DNA of 64,000 bases from the human T2T-CHM13v2.0 reference genome, Homo sapiens. Below are positions 1 through 19,569 of this stretch, piece after piece (the first letter of the stretch is position 1; every line of letters begins with the position of its first letter). Under the pieces are notes generated by a model. It had not been told where the DNA came from. It worked only from the letters and a program-made list of their open reading frames with translations, and did not search any database. Made by a program: the position numbers and the translations under genes. The DNA is taken from assembly GCF_009914755.1 (NCBI RefSeq), contig NC_060925.1; one strand, written 5' to 3'.

Positions 1-238
<238 letters not shown>

Positions 239-512
239 TGCATACTTATTTGTATGTCCACCGCCATGTGCAAATGAAGGTTTCTTTCCAGTTATACCTA
301 GAAGCAGGATTGCTGGGTTCACATACTATCTTTCATCATGGTGAGTTTTTGCAGTGTGAACTAGAGTGGGGAATAAAGTGTCATAGGAACAATTCTGCGG
401 CTTTGAAGGACTTCAGAGCCGTTAAATAGTTACTTCAATGTTTTATCCAGCTCTTAACTTTAGGCTCTTTTCTGTCGTGGTAATCATCTGAGATGAGGTT
501 AATAGAATATGA

Positions 513-912
<400 letters not shown>

Positions 913-920
913 TGTTTTGC

Positions 921-1207
921 TTTTTGAGACAGTCTCACTCTGTTGCCCAGGCTGGAGTGCAGTGGCGTGATTTCAGCTCACTGCAACCTCTGCTTCCTGG
1001 GTTCAAGTGCTTCTCCTGCCTCAGCCTCCTGGGTAACTGAATTACAGATGTGGGCCACCAGGCCTGGGGCTAATTTTTGTATTTTTAGTGGAGACAGGGG
1101 TTTCACCATGTTAGCCAGGCTGGTCTCGAAATCCTGACCTCAAGTGATCTGCCCCCTTTGGCCTCCCAAAGTGCTGGGATTATGGGCGTGAACCGTCATG
1201 CCTGGCC
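921..1207 (-). mobile_element. AluS
   Basis: Matches Alu consensus. Confidence 0.88.
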
Positions 1208-1273
1208 ACAAATGTACTTTAATACAGCTGCATGTTGCTGTGTGATCTATTCTAGAATTGAACATTTTCTCTG

Positions 1274-1402
1274 TATAATTTCTATATATCTAACTCTATA
1301 TATATAATTTCTATATATCTAGCCTATATATCTAGATATATAATTTCTATATATCTAACTCTATATATATAATTTCTATATATCTAGCCTATATATCTAA
1401 CT
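1274..1402. repeat. AT-rich minisatellite, two copies of a ~65-bp unit built from TATAATTTCTATATATCTA subunits
   Basis: Direct repeat visible in the sequence. Confidence 0.8.
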
Positions 1403-2757
1403 CAGTCTGCTAAACCACTGAGCATCATGAAAAATGAAAAGCAGATTCTGTATGATGGCCTAACTCAACAATTCCAAACACATTTTTGCACTATTACGAG
1501 CTTTTGGTTTTATAAACTTGCAGTATATTTGATGTAGGTCTTTATATGTTTGTGTAAGTTGGCTGTAAATGCCAAGATACACTTAATCTCTTACCATCAT
1601 GCCATTCTCATTCAGATATAAACTATAGCAACCTCACTTGGAAAAGAATCAACACACTTGTTGCCGTAGTAATCAAGGCCACTCATTAAGTTTAAAAAAG
1701 CTATCTTACAGATGAGATATCCCCAATGCCCTTACCCATCAAATGGAAATAGAATTGAAGGGCTTTTGGTTAATCCTTCCTGAAGACCTTTTTGCTTTGA
1801 CTTAGTCTAAAATAGCAAACACATAAACTATAACACACCTCTCAGAATTGGTAAGATCCATACTGCTCTTTCCCCAACATTGGTCCATTTCTGGGGATTC
1901 TTCAGGGACACACAAAAGAAAGAACCTGTTTGTGTGTCTGGTTTAAAGGAATCCTGTCTGCATGGGCTTGCGTTTGAAGGCTGGTTCTCAGCTCACCAGT
2001 TGAACAGTTCTAATCACATCTCTGTGAGCCATTGTTTCCTCATTGTAAAATGGGGATAGCACCCACCTCATTGACTAACTCGTTCATATACGTTGGTTCA
2101 ACATCTATTGAGTACCTCAAGTCCCTATTCTCAAGTTGTTCACAGTCCAGTAGGGGAAATAGATATATTTAATGATATGGAAGAAATCATAATTTTTAGC
2201 AGGTTGCAAGAGGCAGTTTTGTTGGATGAGTGCTTTGATATTCCCTTTCCGAAGCTAGGGCTCCATGACTTGTTAAGTAATTGGTGCATTGTGCTGAAAG
2301 AAACCAACTGTGCTGCCCTGTGTGAATTACTAAAAGGAATGCATCTGTTCCTGGGAGGCGGGGAGGGAGGGCAGAAGGGATCTGGCCCTGCAGTGGGGTG
2401 GGGTGGAGGAGCACCCTCAGTTGGTGGGGGCAGACATGTCCAAGGGAACTTATAAAACTGTGGGTGACATAAAACCCTCTTCCATCACCCCTGTAAAGTC
2501 TCCAGCAAAATCTACATTGGCCACTAGTGCTTTAGGTGTAAATAAGATTCTGGAGAATTCAAAGGCAGCCAGACATCATAATCATACATTATGCAAAAGT
2601 GGTTTCCAAACTGCAGGTCAGGATTTTTCGGTGCATGTGAAAGCAATTTGGTGCACCATGCCCAGCATTCAACAAGGGAAATAGAACAGTATAGAAAACT
2701 TCAGGGCACCTTGCACATAGTAGAGGTAATGATGCTTTCTGAAACTTTTTTATGTAG

Positions 2758-3199
<442 letters not shown>

Positions 3200-3737
3200 T
3201 AGAATCCTTATAAAAGGGGTCTTGGTTCAACAGTTCCCTGGGTTGAAGACTAGCTTCTACCTCCTGTTTTCTCCAATTCTCTGTTTTAAAGTCCTTTGGA
3301 TCTTCCTTTTGCATCCTTGCAGAGCCTCTTTGGGCTCCTGTCTCGGCCCAGCTCGCCTTGCTCTGAGGGTTGCCTTTGATCTGGTCAGAACTCCACTCCA
3401 CTTCTGCCAGCTCGACTCCCACGTTGGAGGCAGGAAATAGCACTCTCTTGTTCTTGCATGTATCAAGTCCTTTGCCTGCTCTCTGCTCCTACAGCTCTTT
3501 GGCCTGGCTAATTCCTACTTATTTTCAGGTCTTAGCAGAAATGGAGCATTTACAATGAAGCTAATGAAGCTTAAGCTTCAGGGTCTGTGCCAAACCCTGA
3601 CACCCAATTTTGTAATCTGGTATTCATTTTCTTAGGGTTGGATTTCATGAGGCCTCATGAAACCTGAATCCACTTCTGGGTCTCAGTTTAGAAAACCTCA
3701 CCTCCTAACTCCTTGCAGTGTGGGTGCTGATCTCCTA

Positions 3738-4300
<563 letters not shown>

Positions 4301-4470
4301 ATCCTGCTGATAGCAATGAAGAGGAATGAGGATTAGCCAAGAAGAAAGTTTCAGAACACTGACCTCCCCTGCCCTGGCCCGTGTTTGTGGAGTGCTGCTG
4401 TTCCTGATTGTGCTCCATTTCTGAGAGGTTAAAGGAATTTGTGTCAATTCCACCAAGTAAAGATAGCTTA

Positions 4471-4887
<417 letters not shown>

Positions 4888-5167
4888 TCAAATTTGTCAA
4901 TTTTTCTTTTGCTTAGAGTTCATGATATTAAATGATTTGTCTTTTCCTTTCCTTTTCTTACTGAAGCCTTCAGTTAAAGCAGTCTGACTCTAATCTAGCC
5001 CTGACCCAGTTACTCTTGCTCAGGTGCAGCCCTGGGAGCTCTGGGGTCTCCTTTCTGTTCTTTTTCCCCTCGTGGATTATTCTTCCTAAAAGCGGATGAC
5101 AGTGGTTGAGAACACAGGCTCTGAATCAGGCTTTCTGGGTTCACATCACAGTTTCCTCCATTTACGG

Positions 5168-5458
5168 ATTGTGTGACTGGGAACTTGAGCAAGTGAGTTG
5201 ATTGGCTAGCGAATCAAGTCAACATCAGGAATGTTGCAAGCCTGCAAATGTTACCATGGTAGCTTGAAAGTGGCTTTGGTTGGGAGTATTTACTGATTAG
5301 CTTGAAATTTACTTTGATTGGCAGTATTTACTAATTGTGTGACTAGGAACTTGAGCAAGTGACTTGTTTGGCTAGGGAATCAGACCAACATCAGGAATGT
5401 TGCAAGCCTGTTGATGTTACGTTGGTAGCTTGAAATTGGCTTTGATTGGAAGTATTCA
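5168..5458. repeat. Diverged tandem duplication (period ~166 bp) at a MIR/MER63-like junction
   Basis: ATTGTGTGACT(G/A)GGAACTTGAGCAAGTGA...CAACATCAGGAATGTTGCAAGCCTG...GGTAGCTTGAAA at 5168 and 5334. Confidence 0.8.
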
Positions 5459-5652
5459 CACCATGGAAATTGGCAAATGCTGCAAATCAGTGCCTGCCCC
5501 TTTCCCCAACCTGGGCATTACTATTTACCAGAACATCAAGCTCAGTTTCCTCATCTATAAAATGGGAGCAATAATAGTACCTACCTTGTGGAGAATTTTG
5601 TGACAGTTTCATCGTGCATGGTAAATACTTCGTGCTTGTGAGCTGCTCTTAG

Positions 5653-6048
<396 letters not shown>

Positions 6049-6518
6049 TAACAAACTTAAAAAAAAATTACTTAGCTAGATTATTTAGTCTTCAAACAGC
6101 CAGCTCATAACTGATAGGAAATGTGTGGTCTTAGGTTGTTTATAAGGCATACCCTGGTGACACATATGTTATAAAATTAGAATTCTTCTAAATCTAGCGC
6201 TGATTACTTATGTTATATATATTTCATTTGGCTGGGTGTTAGAAAGAATTTCTTCTTTGAGATTTCTATTATTTTTTCTCCCAATTAAGGCAAAGACTGT
6301 AAGGATAGTTTATTACAGCATTTGGTGGTTCAGTAAACAAACATGCTCTAAAAAACCTAAATAGCTGTGTTGAAGTAAAACATGTGTCCCAAATTCACAT
6401 GAATTATATGCAAGTTAATACTTTGGTGAGCAAATAAACTCTTGGTAATATATTGCTGTCACCTGAGGGCTAAAAATATAATATATATTATAAATATCTG
6501 ACTCAATCTGATCATGAA

Positions 6519-7621
<1,103 letters not shown>

Positions 7622-7813
7622 CAGAATATGTATATCTTAATCTAACTTTATCAGCATTTAAATGACAGGAAGTGAAAATGTTATTAATGCACAATTGATC
7701 ACAAAACCATCACAGGTTCTGCAACCAGGATGAGTTTATATGAGAATTCTTCATCCAAGATGCTTGGAAGTTCATCTCTTCAAAGGATTGCCCTCTTCGG
7801 AAACAAGTAATAG

Positions 7814-8460
<647 letters not shown>

Positions 8461-8810
8461 GGACTAGTGACTTTATAAGAAGAGCTTCTCCCACTCTTCC
8501 CTGCTCCTGATCCTTCAGCATGCCAGAGTTGGGCTTCCGGAGTCTCATGTGGTCAGTAACGTTATTACTAATCCAACTTGTGCTCAAGCAACCTTGGCCC
8601 CACTGGAAAGGTTTGTCTCCACCACTGCTGACGAGTTCAATCTAGGTGGGAGGCAGTGGCCGTCACCCTGGCTAAGCATCTGCAATGTCCTTCTGACCAC
8701 AGCCCACCACCTCTCCTGCTCATAAGGCTCCTGCCCTGGACCTCCCAGGCCTGAGCTCTGCTGCCCATTGTGTGTTCTGGTTTGCAGAATTAGGCTTCTG
8801 CTATGGTCTC

Positions 8811-9254
8811 TGCTATGATTTGCATATTTGTCTCCTTAAGAACTCATGTTGAAACTTGATCCCCAGTGTGGGATTATTGAGAGACGGGGCCTTTTCAAGG
8901 TGATTGGGTCATGAGGGCTCTACCCTTGAGAATAGATTAATCCATTAATTAATTAATAATTAATAAATTAATGGATTAATGGGTTATGAGAGTGGGACTG
9001 GTGGCTTTATAAGAAGAGAAGAGAGACCTGAGCTAGCACACTCAGACACTCGCCATATGATGCCCTGAGCTGTCTCAGGACTCTGGAGAGAGTCCCCACC
9101 AGCAAGAAGGCCCTCACCAGATGCAGCCCCTCAACCTTGGACTTCCCAGCTTCTGGAACAGTAAGGAATAAATGTAATTTCTTATAAGTAACCTAGTTCC
9201 AGATATTCTGTTATAAGCAACAGAAAATGTACTAAAACCACTATTAATAAAACA
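8811..9254 (+). mobile_element. MaLR solo LTR (MSTD/MLT1A-like)
   Basis: TGCTATG start, CCAGCAAGAAGGCCCTCACCAGATGC, AATAAA; GTCTC flanking repeats. Confidence 0.8.
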
Positions 9255-9824
9255 GTCTCTACTGCAAATTCTTTTCTGGAAAGTGCTAGTTCTCCAGACT
9301 CAATATAGGAACCCAGATTTTGCTCTAGCCAGCAGGCCCATCATGGGGCTGGGGCCTGGCCTTGTGAGCCTTCCCAGTGGCTTTGTCCCAGCTACGTGAA
9401 TGTGTGTTTTCATGCTCTCCCATCTCTATGTCTCCTGTCCCCAGGATGACTGCCAACCTGCCAGCATTCTCCAGCATCACCCACCAAGGTGCCCTCAAAC
9501 TCCTCTGTCGTCCTCCCCAGCTGCTCACTGTTTTCATGTGAACCTTGAGTATCAGCTATTTTCCCACCTCCTCCAAGGGGAGAGCATAGCAAAGTGGTTA
9601 AGAGCCTGTGCTCTGGCACTGGACAGCCTGGTTCCAGCTTCACCTGTTACGACTTATGTGACTTTGGCAAGTCACTTAATCTCTCATGCCTCACTTTGCC
9701 ATCTTTAAAAATGGGTTTAATCCTAGTGCTCACAGGTTTGTCATGAGCATATATAAAGTGATATTTGCAAAGTACGTAGAAGACGGATTGGCACCTGGTA
9801 AGCTCTATATAAGGATTTGATCAT

Positions 9825-10742
9825 TGTGTTAGTTTGCTAGGGCTGCCATAACAAAGTACTATAGACTGGATGGTTTAAACAACAGAAATGGATTTCCTTA
9901 CAGTTCTGGAGGCTGGAAGTCTGAGATCAAGGTGACCACAGGGTTGGTTGCTTTTGAAGCCTCTCTCTCCTTGGCTTGCAGACAGCTGTCTTTTCTTCAT
10001 GTCCTCAAATGGTCTTCCCTCTGTGTGTGTCTGTGTCCTCATCTCCTCTTCTTATAATGATACCAGTCATATTGGATTAAAGTCCACCCTAATGACCTCA
10101 TTTTTGCTTTATTATCCCTTTAAAGGCCCTATTTTCAAACACAGTAGCCTCTCTTTTTCTGTGGGGATACATTCCGAGACCCCCAGTGGATGCGTGAAAC
10201 CATTGATAGTACCAAACCATATATATATATATACACCATGTTTTTTTCTATACATACGTACCTATGATAAGTAAGAGATTAACGACAGTAGCTAATAATA
10301 AAATAGAACAATTTTAACAATATGCCAGCATCACTACTCTTGTGCTTTGGGTCCCTTATGAAGTAAAATAAGAATTATCTGGATACAAGCACCATAATAT
10401 CACAACAGTGATAACCAAGACGGCTCCTAAATGACTAACAGCATGGGGTATCTACAGGGTGGCTATATGGATTAAGGGATGATTCACATCCTGGGTGGGA
10501 CCGAGTGGGATGGCATGAGATTTAATCATGCTACTCAGAATGGAATGCAATTTAAAATGTATGAATTATTTCTGGAACTTTCCATTTAATATTTTTGGAC
10601 TGCAGTAGACCATGGGTAATGGAAACTATAGAATGTGAAACTGCAGATAAGGGGGAACTACTATATGGTTATATTATGAGGTATTAGGGTTTAGGATTTC
10701 AACATACGAATTTGGAAAGGAGGTACAATTCAGCCCAAAACA
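9825..10742 (-). mobile_element. MLT1 MaLR LTR interrupted by a MER44-like (Tigger) DNA transposon (~10142-10664)
   Basis: TTAGTTTGCTAGGGCTGCCATAACAAAGTAC start; internal element with CAGTAG...CTACTATA termini. Confidence 0.75.
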
Positions 10743-10793
10743 ATAACTAAATGAATAATTTGTGCCTGGACACTGCCCAGCTCCTGCAGCCAT

Positions 10794-11446
<653 letters not shown>

Positions 11447-11737
11447 ATGCCCTTTTGACTATCTCTGGCTGGCCCCGCGATGGCTGTCTAGAGTGATTTC
11501 TCCCCAGTGTTAGCCTGGGACAGCAGCTGGACATCCTTCACCAGCTCCATCAGAGTGACAGCGGCCGGCTCTCCCCCTCTTTCCCTTCTAGGTCCCTGCA
11601 TGACCTGGCCTTGTAGAGGAGGGGCCCAGCCTTTGGTATCTTGGTCCACTGCTTACTCATTCAAAATTGGCAGAGGTGAAAACTGGAATATAACAGAGAA
11701 ATCAGCTCACCACAAAAAGACAGCACTACTTGTTAGT

Positions 11738-12792
<1,055 letters not shown>

Positions 12793-12918
12793 GGTTAGAA
12801 ACAAAGTCAAGTCCCAGCCACCAGAGAGATATTTAATGGTTAATATTGGGTTAATACTGTGGCCCCTTCCTAGACCCTGAATGTTTTCCCAAATAAGTAC
12901 TTCGACCTCCAAAATGAC

Positions 12919-13174
12919 TTTTGCCCAGGCTGGAGTGCAGTAGCACATTCTTGGCTCACTGCAACCTCTGCCTCCTGGTTCAAGAGATTCTCCTGCCTCA
13001 GCCTCCCGAGTAGCTGGGATTACAGGTGTGCACCACCAGGTCCAGCTAATTTTTGTATTTTTAGTAGAGACGGGGTTTCGCCATGTTGGCCAGGCTGGTC
13101 TTGAACTCCTGACCTCCTCCTGCCTCAACCTCCCAAAGTGCTGGGATTACAGGTGTGCGTCATTGTGCCCCGTC
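12919..13174 (-). mobile_element. AluS, truncated
   Basis: Matches Alu consensus. Confidence 0.82.
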
Positions 13175-13865
13175 CTTCGAAAGGCTTTTATCATCACCTC
13201 TTGAAATAGCAATTTTGAAGTTTGAGAGCTTTCATTACAGACTTGACCTCCCCTTCTGGTGCTGATTATGGGAAAGTGCTATCTTTCCGGCATATCATGA
13301 GTTATTTTCTTCATAATTCAGTTCCTGGAGTGAGGGGGTCTTAGCTTGTACTCCTGTATAAACAGACTGTGATGTTGATGTGTTATGAAACTGGAGCGCG
13401 ATGGGCACCCAGTTACTAGCTGGTAAGTGTTACTGTCTCTCCTTCCCTCCATGCATCTTCGGCAAATGACCAACTCTTATCTGAAATTCTGAGTCTTTGT
13501 GTGGACTCGTTACCACAATAATTATGGATAGGGTAAATACAGTTAATGCCTATTTACTGAGCATGTGTTATGTCCCAGGCATGTGTTAAATACTTATGTG
13601 ATTTCATGAATCATCAAGAGCTGCCTGTGAAATAGGTGTTATTATCCTCATTTTACTAGATGAAGAAATGAGAGCTTTGGACAGTGGCAAAGCCAGTAGA
13701 TGTCAGAGCCAGGATTTCAACCCGAGCATCTCTGATTCCAAAGCCCAGGCTCTTTGCCATTCTGATTTTTGGTTTTTGGCCTCCTAAATACCTCCTGGCT
13801 CAATTTTTATTTATCTATCAAGCAAGGTGTCTTCTTTCCTCTTGGATTTTCTTCTTCCTATGTAA

Positions 13866-14168
<303 letters not shown>

Positions 14169-14279
14169 TAATTTTTAACTAAAGGAAGCTGTGCCAATGT
14201 GGATCTGCACTTCCAAATGTTACACACCAGTAAGGGCTAAGATGAAACAACTAATTATTTGATCAGGAGAAAGGTATTA

Positions 14280-14684
<405 letters not shown>

Positions 14685-15120
14685 TTATATGTAAAATCAA
14701 ATTGAATGAAGTCTAATATAACTGAAAAAGAAAAGATGAGATAAAATGTACTAAATAATGAGAATTTTACCAAATGATTTGGAAAGAACAGCCAGAGAAT
14801 GCATACTTGTGCGCACACCTGGCCATGGTAATAATAGGTCTCTTTTCTCACGGAAACACTTCAGATACTCCCTACTCCTAATAACAGGCCTTATGTGTGA
14901 ACTAAACGGACCATGTTACCTTCGTGTTTCATGGGACAATGTTTCTTTCCTCTTCAAGCTGTTCTTTCACTTCTTAGCAGCAGTGGCCCTCCCCGGCCTT
15001 AATTACCACAATGAAACCAGTACACAGCTACACTGTGTGAAGGTGCATTTATAGAATGCAGGTGCTTTTTGATTTTTAAATGGCAAGAAAGTATAACAAT
15101 ACTATGAAGTCAATAGTGTG

Positions 15121-15170
15121 CACACTCCAGCCTGGGAGACAGAGCAAGACCCTATCTCAAAAAAAAAAAA
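15121..15170 (+). mobile_element. Short 5'-truncated Alu 3'-end fragment (AluJ-like)
   Basis: CACTCCAGCCTGGGAGACAGAGCAAGACCCTATCTC plus A-tail; flanked by AGTGTGC repeats. Confidence 0.75.
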
Positions 15171-15199
15171 GTGTGCTTTCATGGTTAATTAGTAGCTGC

Positions 15200-15256
15200 T
15201 TTTTTTTTTTCTTTTCTTGAGACAGAGTCTCACTCTGTTGCCCAGGCTGGAGTGCA
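15200..15256 (-). mobile_element. AluS, 3' part (tail plus ~38 nt), left half of the Alu split by the NUMT
   Basis: polyT then GAGACAGAGTCTCACTCTGTTGCCCAGGCTGGAGTGCA, ending abruptly. Confidence 0.88.
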
Positions 15257-15267
15257 CACTATGAGTA

Positions 15268-15323
15268 ATTAGTGAGTAACTAATAATTTTTATTAGCGAG
15301 TGTGTTTTGCGGATATTGACCAT
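15268..15323 (-). pseudogene. MTCYBP: MT-CYB 5' fragment (NUMT)
   Basis: ATG GTC AAT ATC CGC AAA ACA CAC TCG CTA ATA AAA ATT ATT resembles the CYTB N-terminus and sits next to tRNA-Glu. Confidence 0.85.
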
Positions 15324-15327
15324 TAGT

Positions 15328-15396
15328 GTTCTTCTAGTTGAAGTTCAACAATGATTTTTCATGTCATTAGTCATAGTTATAGTCCATGTGGGAACA
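15328..15396 (+). tRNA. mt-tRNA-Glu pseudogene (NUMT)
   Basis: GTTCTTCTAGTTGAAG...TTTTCATGTCATTAG...GGGAACA aligns to mt-tRNA-Glu; 69 nt, TTC anticodon. Confidence 0.9.
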
Positions 15397-15921
15397 ATGG
15401 CATATTTTATATCTTTATTAAGTGTCCTTTTGGTTATAGGGTTTGTAGGTTTCTCCTTGAAACCTTCTCCTATTTATGGGGGCCTAGAGCTAATTATTAG
15501 TGGTGCTGTAGGTTGTGGTATTGTGTTGATTTTTGGTGTGGCTTTTGTGGGGTTGACAGTCTTTTTGGTTCACTTGGGTGGCATGATGGTTGTTTTTGGC
15601 TATACCATGGCAATGGCTGCTGAGGAATATCCTGAAACATGAGGGTCAAATATTGACATCTGAGGGGCTTTACTATTATGAGTATTAAAGGGGTTGCTGT
15701 CGGTTTGGTGAATAGTTGAGCATGATGGGGTGGGGATCATGATTGATTTTAACAGCATAGAGAGTTGGATGATTTTTGAGGGGGAGGGGGAGGGGTTGTT
15801 GCATGAGGATCCTGTGGGTGCGGCTGCCTTGTATAGTTATGGGTGTTGAATAGTGGTAGTTGCTGGTTGATCATTATTTGTTACTATTTATGTTGCGATT
15901 GAAATTACTCGGGGTAATAGA
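15397..15921 (+). pseudogene. MTND6P: MT-ND6 pseudogene (NUMT), full length 525 nt
   Basis: [43 protein letters not shown] then AGA stop; six in-frame TGA codons. Confidence 0.96.
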
Positions 15922-17723
<1,802 letters not shown>

Positions 17724-17793
17724 TGCTTTATTTGGAGTTGCACCAATGCTTTTGGCTCCTAAGACCAACGGATGACTCTAATCCTTTAAAAGT
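17724..17793 (-). tRNA. mt-tRNA-Leu(CUN) pseudogene (NUMT)
   Basis: ACTTTTAAAGGAT...TTGGTCTTAGG...GGTGCAACTCCAAATAAAG. Confidence 0.9.
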
Positions 17794-17852
17794 TGAGAAA
17801 GCCATGTTGTTAGGCATGGGGGCACGAGTTAGCAGTTCTTGCATACTTTCTC
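17794..17852 (-). tRNA. mt-tRNA-Ser(AGY) pseudogene (NUMT)
   Basis: GAGAAAG...AAGAACTGCTAACTC...AACAACATGGCTTTCTCA, 59 nt. Confidence 0.9.
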
Positions 17853-17921
17853 AGTAGGTAAGAAGTTGCAGGCTTCTATGATTAGATCTGCAATCTAATG
17901 TTTTGGTTAAACTGTAGCTAC
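17853..17921 (-). tRNA. mt-tRNA-His pseudogene (NUMT), anticodon mutated
   Basis: GTAGCTACAGTTTAACCAAAACATTAGATTGCAGATCTAATC...; positioned between ND4 and tRNA-Ser. Confidence 0.85.
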
Positions 17922-19297
17922 AGCATGCAAACCCCATAATAAGTTTAGGGTTTAAAGATAATAGGAAGATAGACGCAAGATGTATAAGTATTAATGTGTT
18001 CTCTCGTGTAAAGGAAGGTTTAGTACTGTTAATATAATATGCAAGTGTCCCTCGTTGTGTTGTGATTAGCATATTTAGGGAGTAAAGGGCTGTAATTAGT
18101 ATATTAAGTCCTATAAGCATAATAGTGATATTAGATCAGAAGAATGAGGCCACGGTCACAAAGAGTTCTACTAGATTAATGGTGTGGGGTAAGGCAAGGT
18201 TAGTAAGATTTGCTAGAAGTCATCAAGAGGCTATTAGCAGAAGCAGTGTTTGAAGGCGTTCGGTAAGTAATAGGGTTCACCTATGGGCCTGCTCGTAGTT
18301 TGAATTTGCTAGGCAGAATAGTAAGGCTGAAGTGAGTCCATGAGCAATTATAAGGGTGACTGCACCTGTTAAGCTTCAAGGGGTCTGAATGAGGATAGCC
18401 ATGATAACAAGTGCTATGTGGCTTACAGAGGAGTAGGCAATACATGATTTTAGATCAGTTTGTCATAGACAAATAGAGCTTGTCATAACTCTCCCTCATA
18501 GGGACAGTATGAGGAAAGGGTATGCTATATGTTCTGTTAGGGGATTGAGGAGAAGAGTAAGTTGTATTATACTGTAGCCACCTAGCTTTAGGAGTCCTGC
18601 TCCAGGTACTATCGAGCCGCAATAGGGGCTTCTACGTGGGCTTTGCGGAGTCATAGGTGAAACCTGTATAGAGGTATTTTTACTATAAAAGCTATGATAC
18701 ATGCTAGTCATGTAGGATTGTTGGATCAGGAGGCTAATGGCTCTTGGGTAGTAAGTATTATTACTAGCATGTTTAGTGAACCTGAGGTATTTTGAGTATA
18801 AACAAGTGTTACAAGTAGAGGAAGGGATCCTACTAGTGTGTAAAATAGAAGTATGAGCTTGCATTGAGGCGTTCTGGTTGGTTGCCTCAGTGGGTGATGA
18901 TAATTAGGGTAGGAACTAGTGTGGCTTCAAAGGGGATATAAAATATAATTAGTTCTGTGGCTGTGAATGCTCTGATTAAAAAAGTCAGTAGGGAAATCAA
19001 TATAGAAATATAGAGCTTTTTTCATGGGGGTGATTCATTGGACAGGTGATATTGGCTTCTAGCAAAAACTGTAAGAGGCAGTAGACAGGCTATTAAGATT
19101 AGAAGCGGTGACGTCAGCGGGTCAGAAGAGAAAATTAATGAGAGGTTGGATGGGTTATCGCTGAATTGGTTAAAAAATAGTAGGCTGGCGAGGCTGATGA
19201 GTAGGCTGTGAATAATCATGTTGATTCAGATTATAGAATTTTTAGAGAATCATGTCATTGGTAACAGTATAATTGTTGGAATAATAATTTTTAGCAT
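17922..19297 (-). pseudogene. MTND4P: MT-ND4 pseudogene (NUMT), frameshifted
   Basis: [15 protein letters not shown] start; fragments [20 protein letters not shown] and [10 protein letters not shown]. Confidence 0.96.
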
Positions 19298-19569
19298 TGA
19301 AGTAAATTTAGATTTTGTACGTAATCCAGGCCATATGTGTTGGAGATTGAAACTAGTAAGGCAAAGCCCACTGCAGCTTCGCAGGGAGCAAATACTAGGA
19401 GGATGATGGGGATTATGGGTGCTAGAGTGAAATGTATGCTTAAAGCTGTAAGAGTATTTATGATAACTATTGATAGTATTATGCCTTCTAGGCATAACAG
19501 GGATGATACTAGGTGGGATCGATAGACTAATATCCCTAGCAGTGATATGGTGTGTGCTAATAAGGGCAT
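19291..19569 (-). pseudogene. MTND4LP: MT-ND4L pseudogene (NUMT), open 92-aa ORF with an in-frame 18-nt deletion
   Basis: [29 protein letters not shown]...[30 protein letters not shown]; 279 nt versus 297 nt in human mtDNA. Confidence 0.96.
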
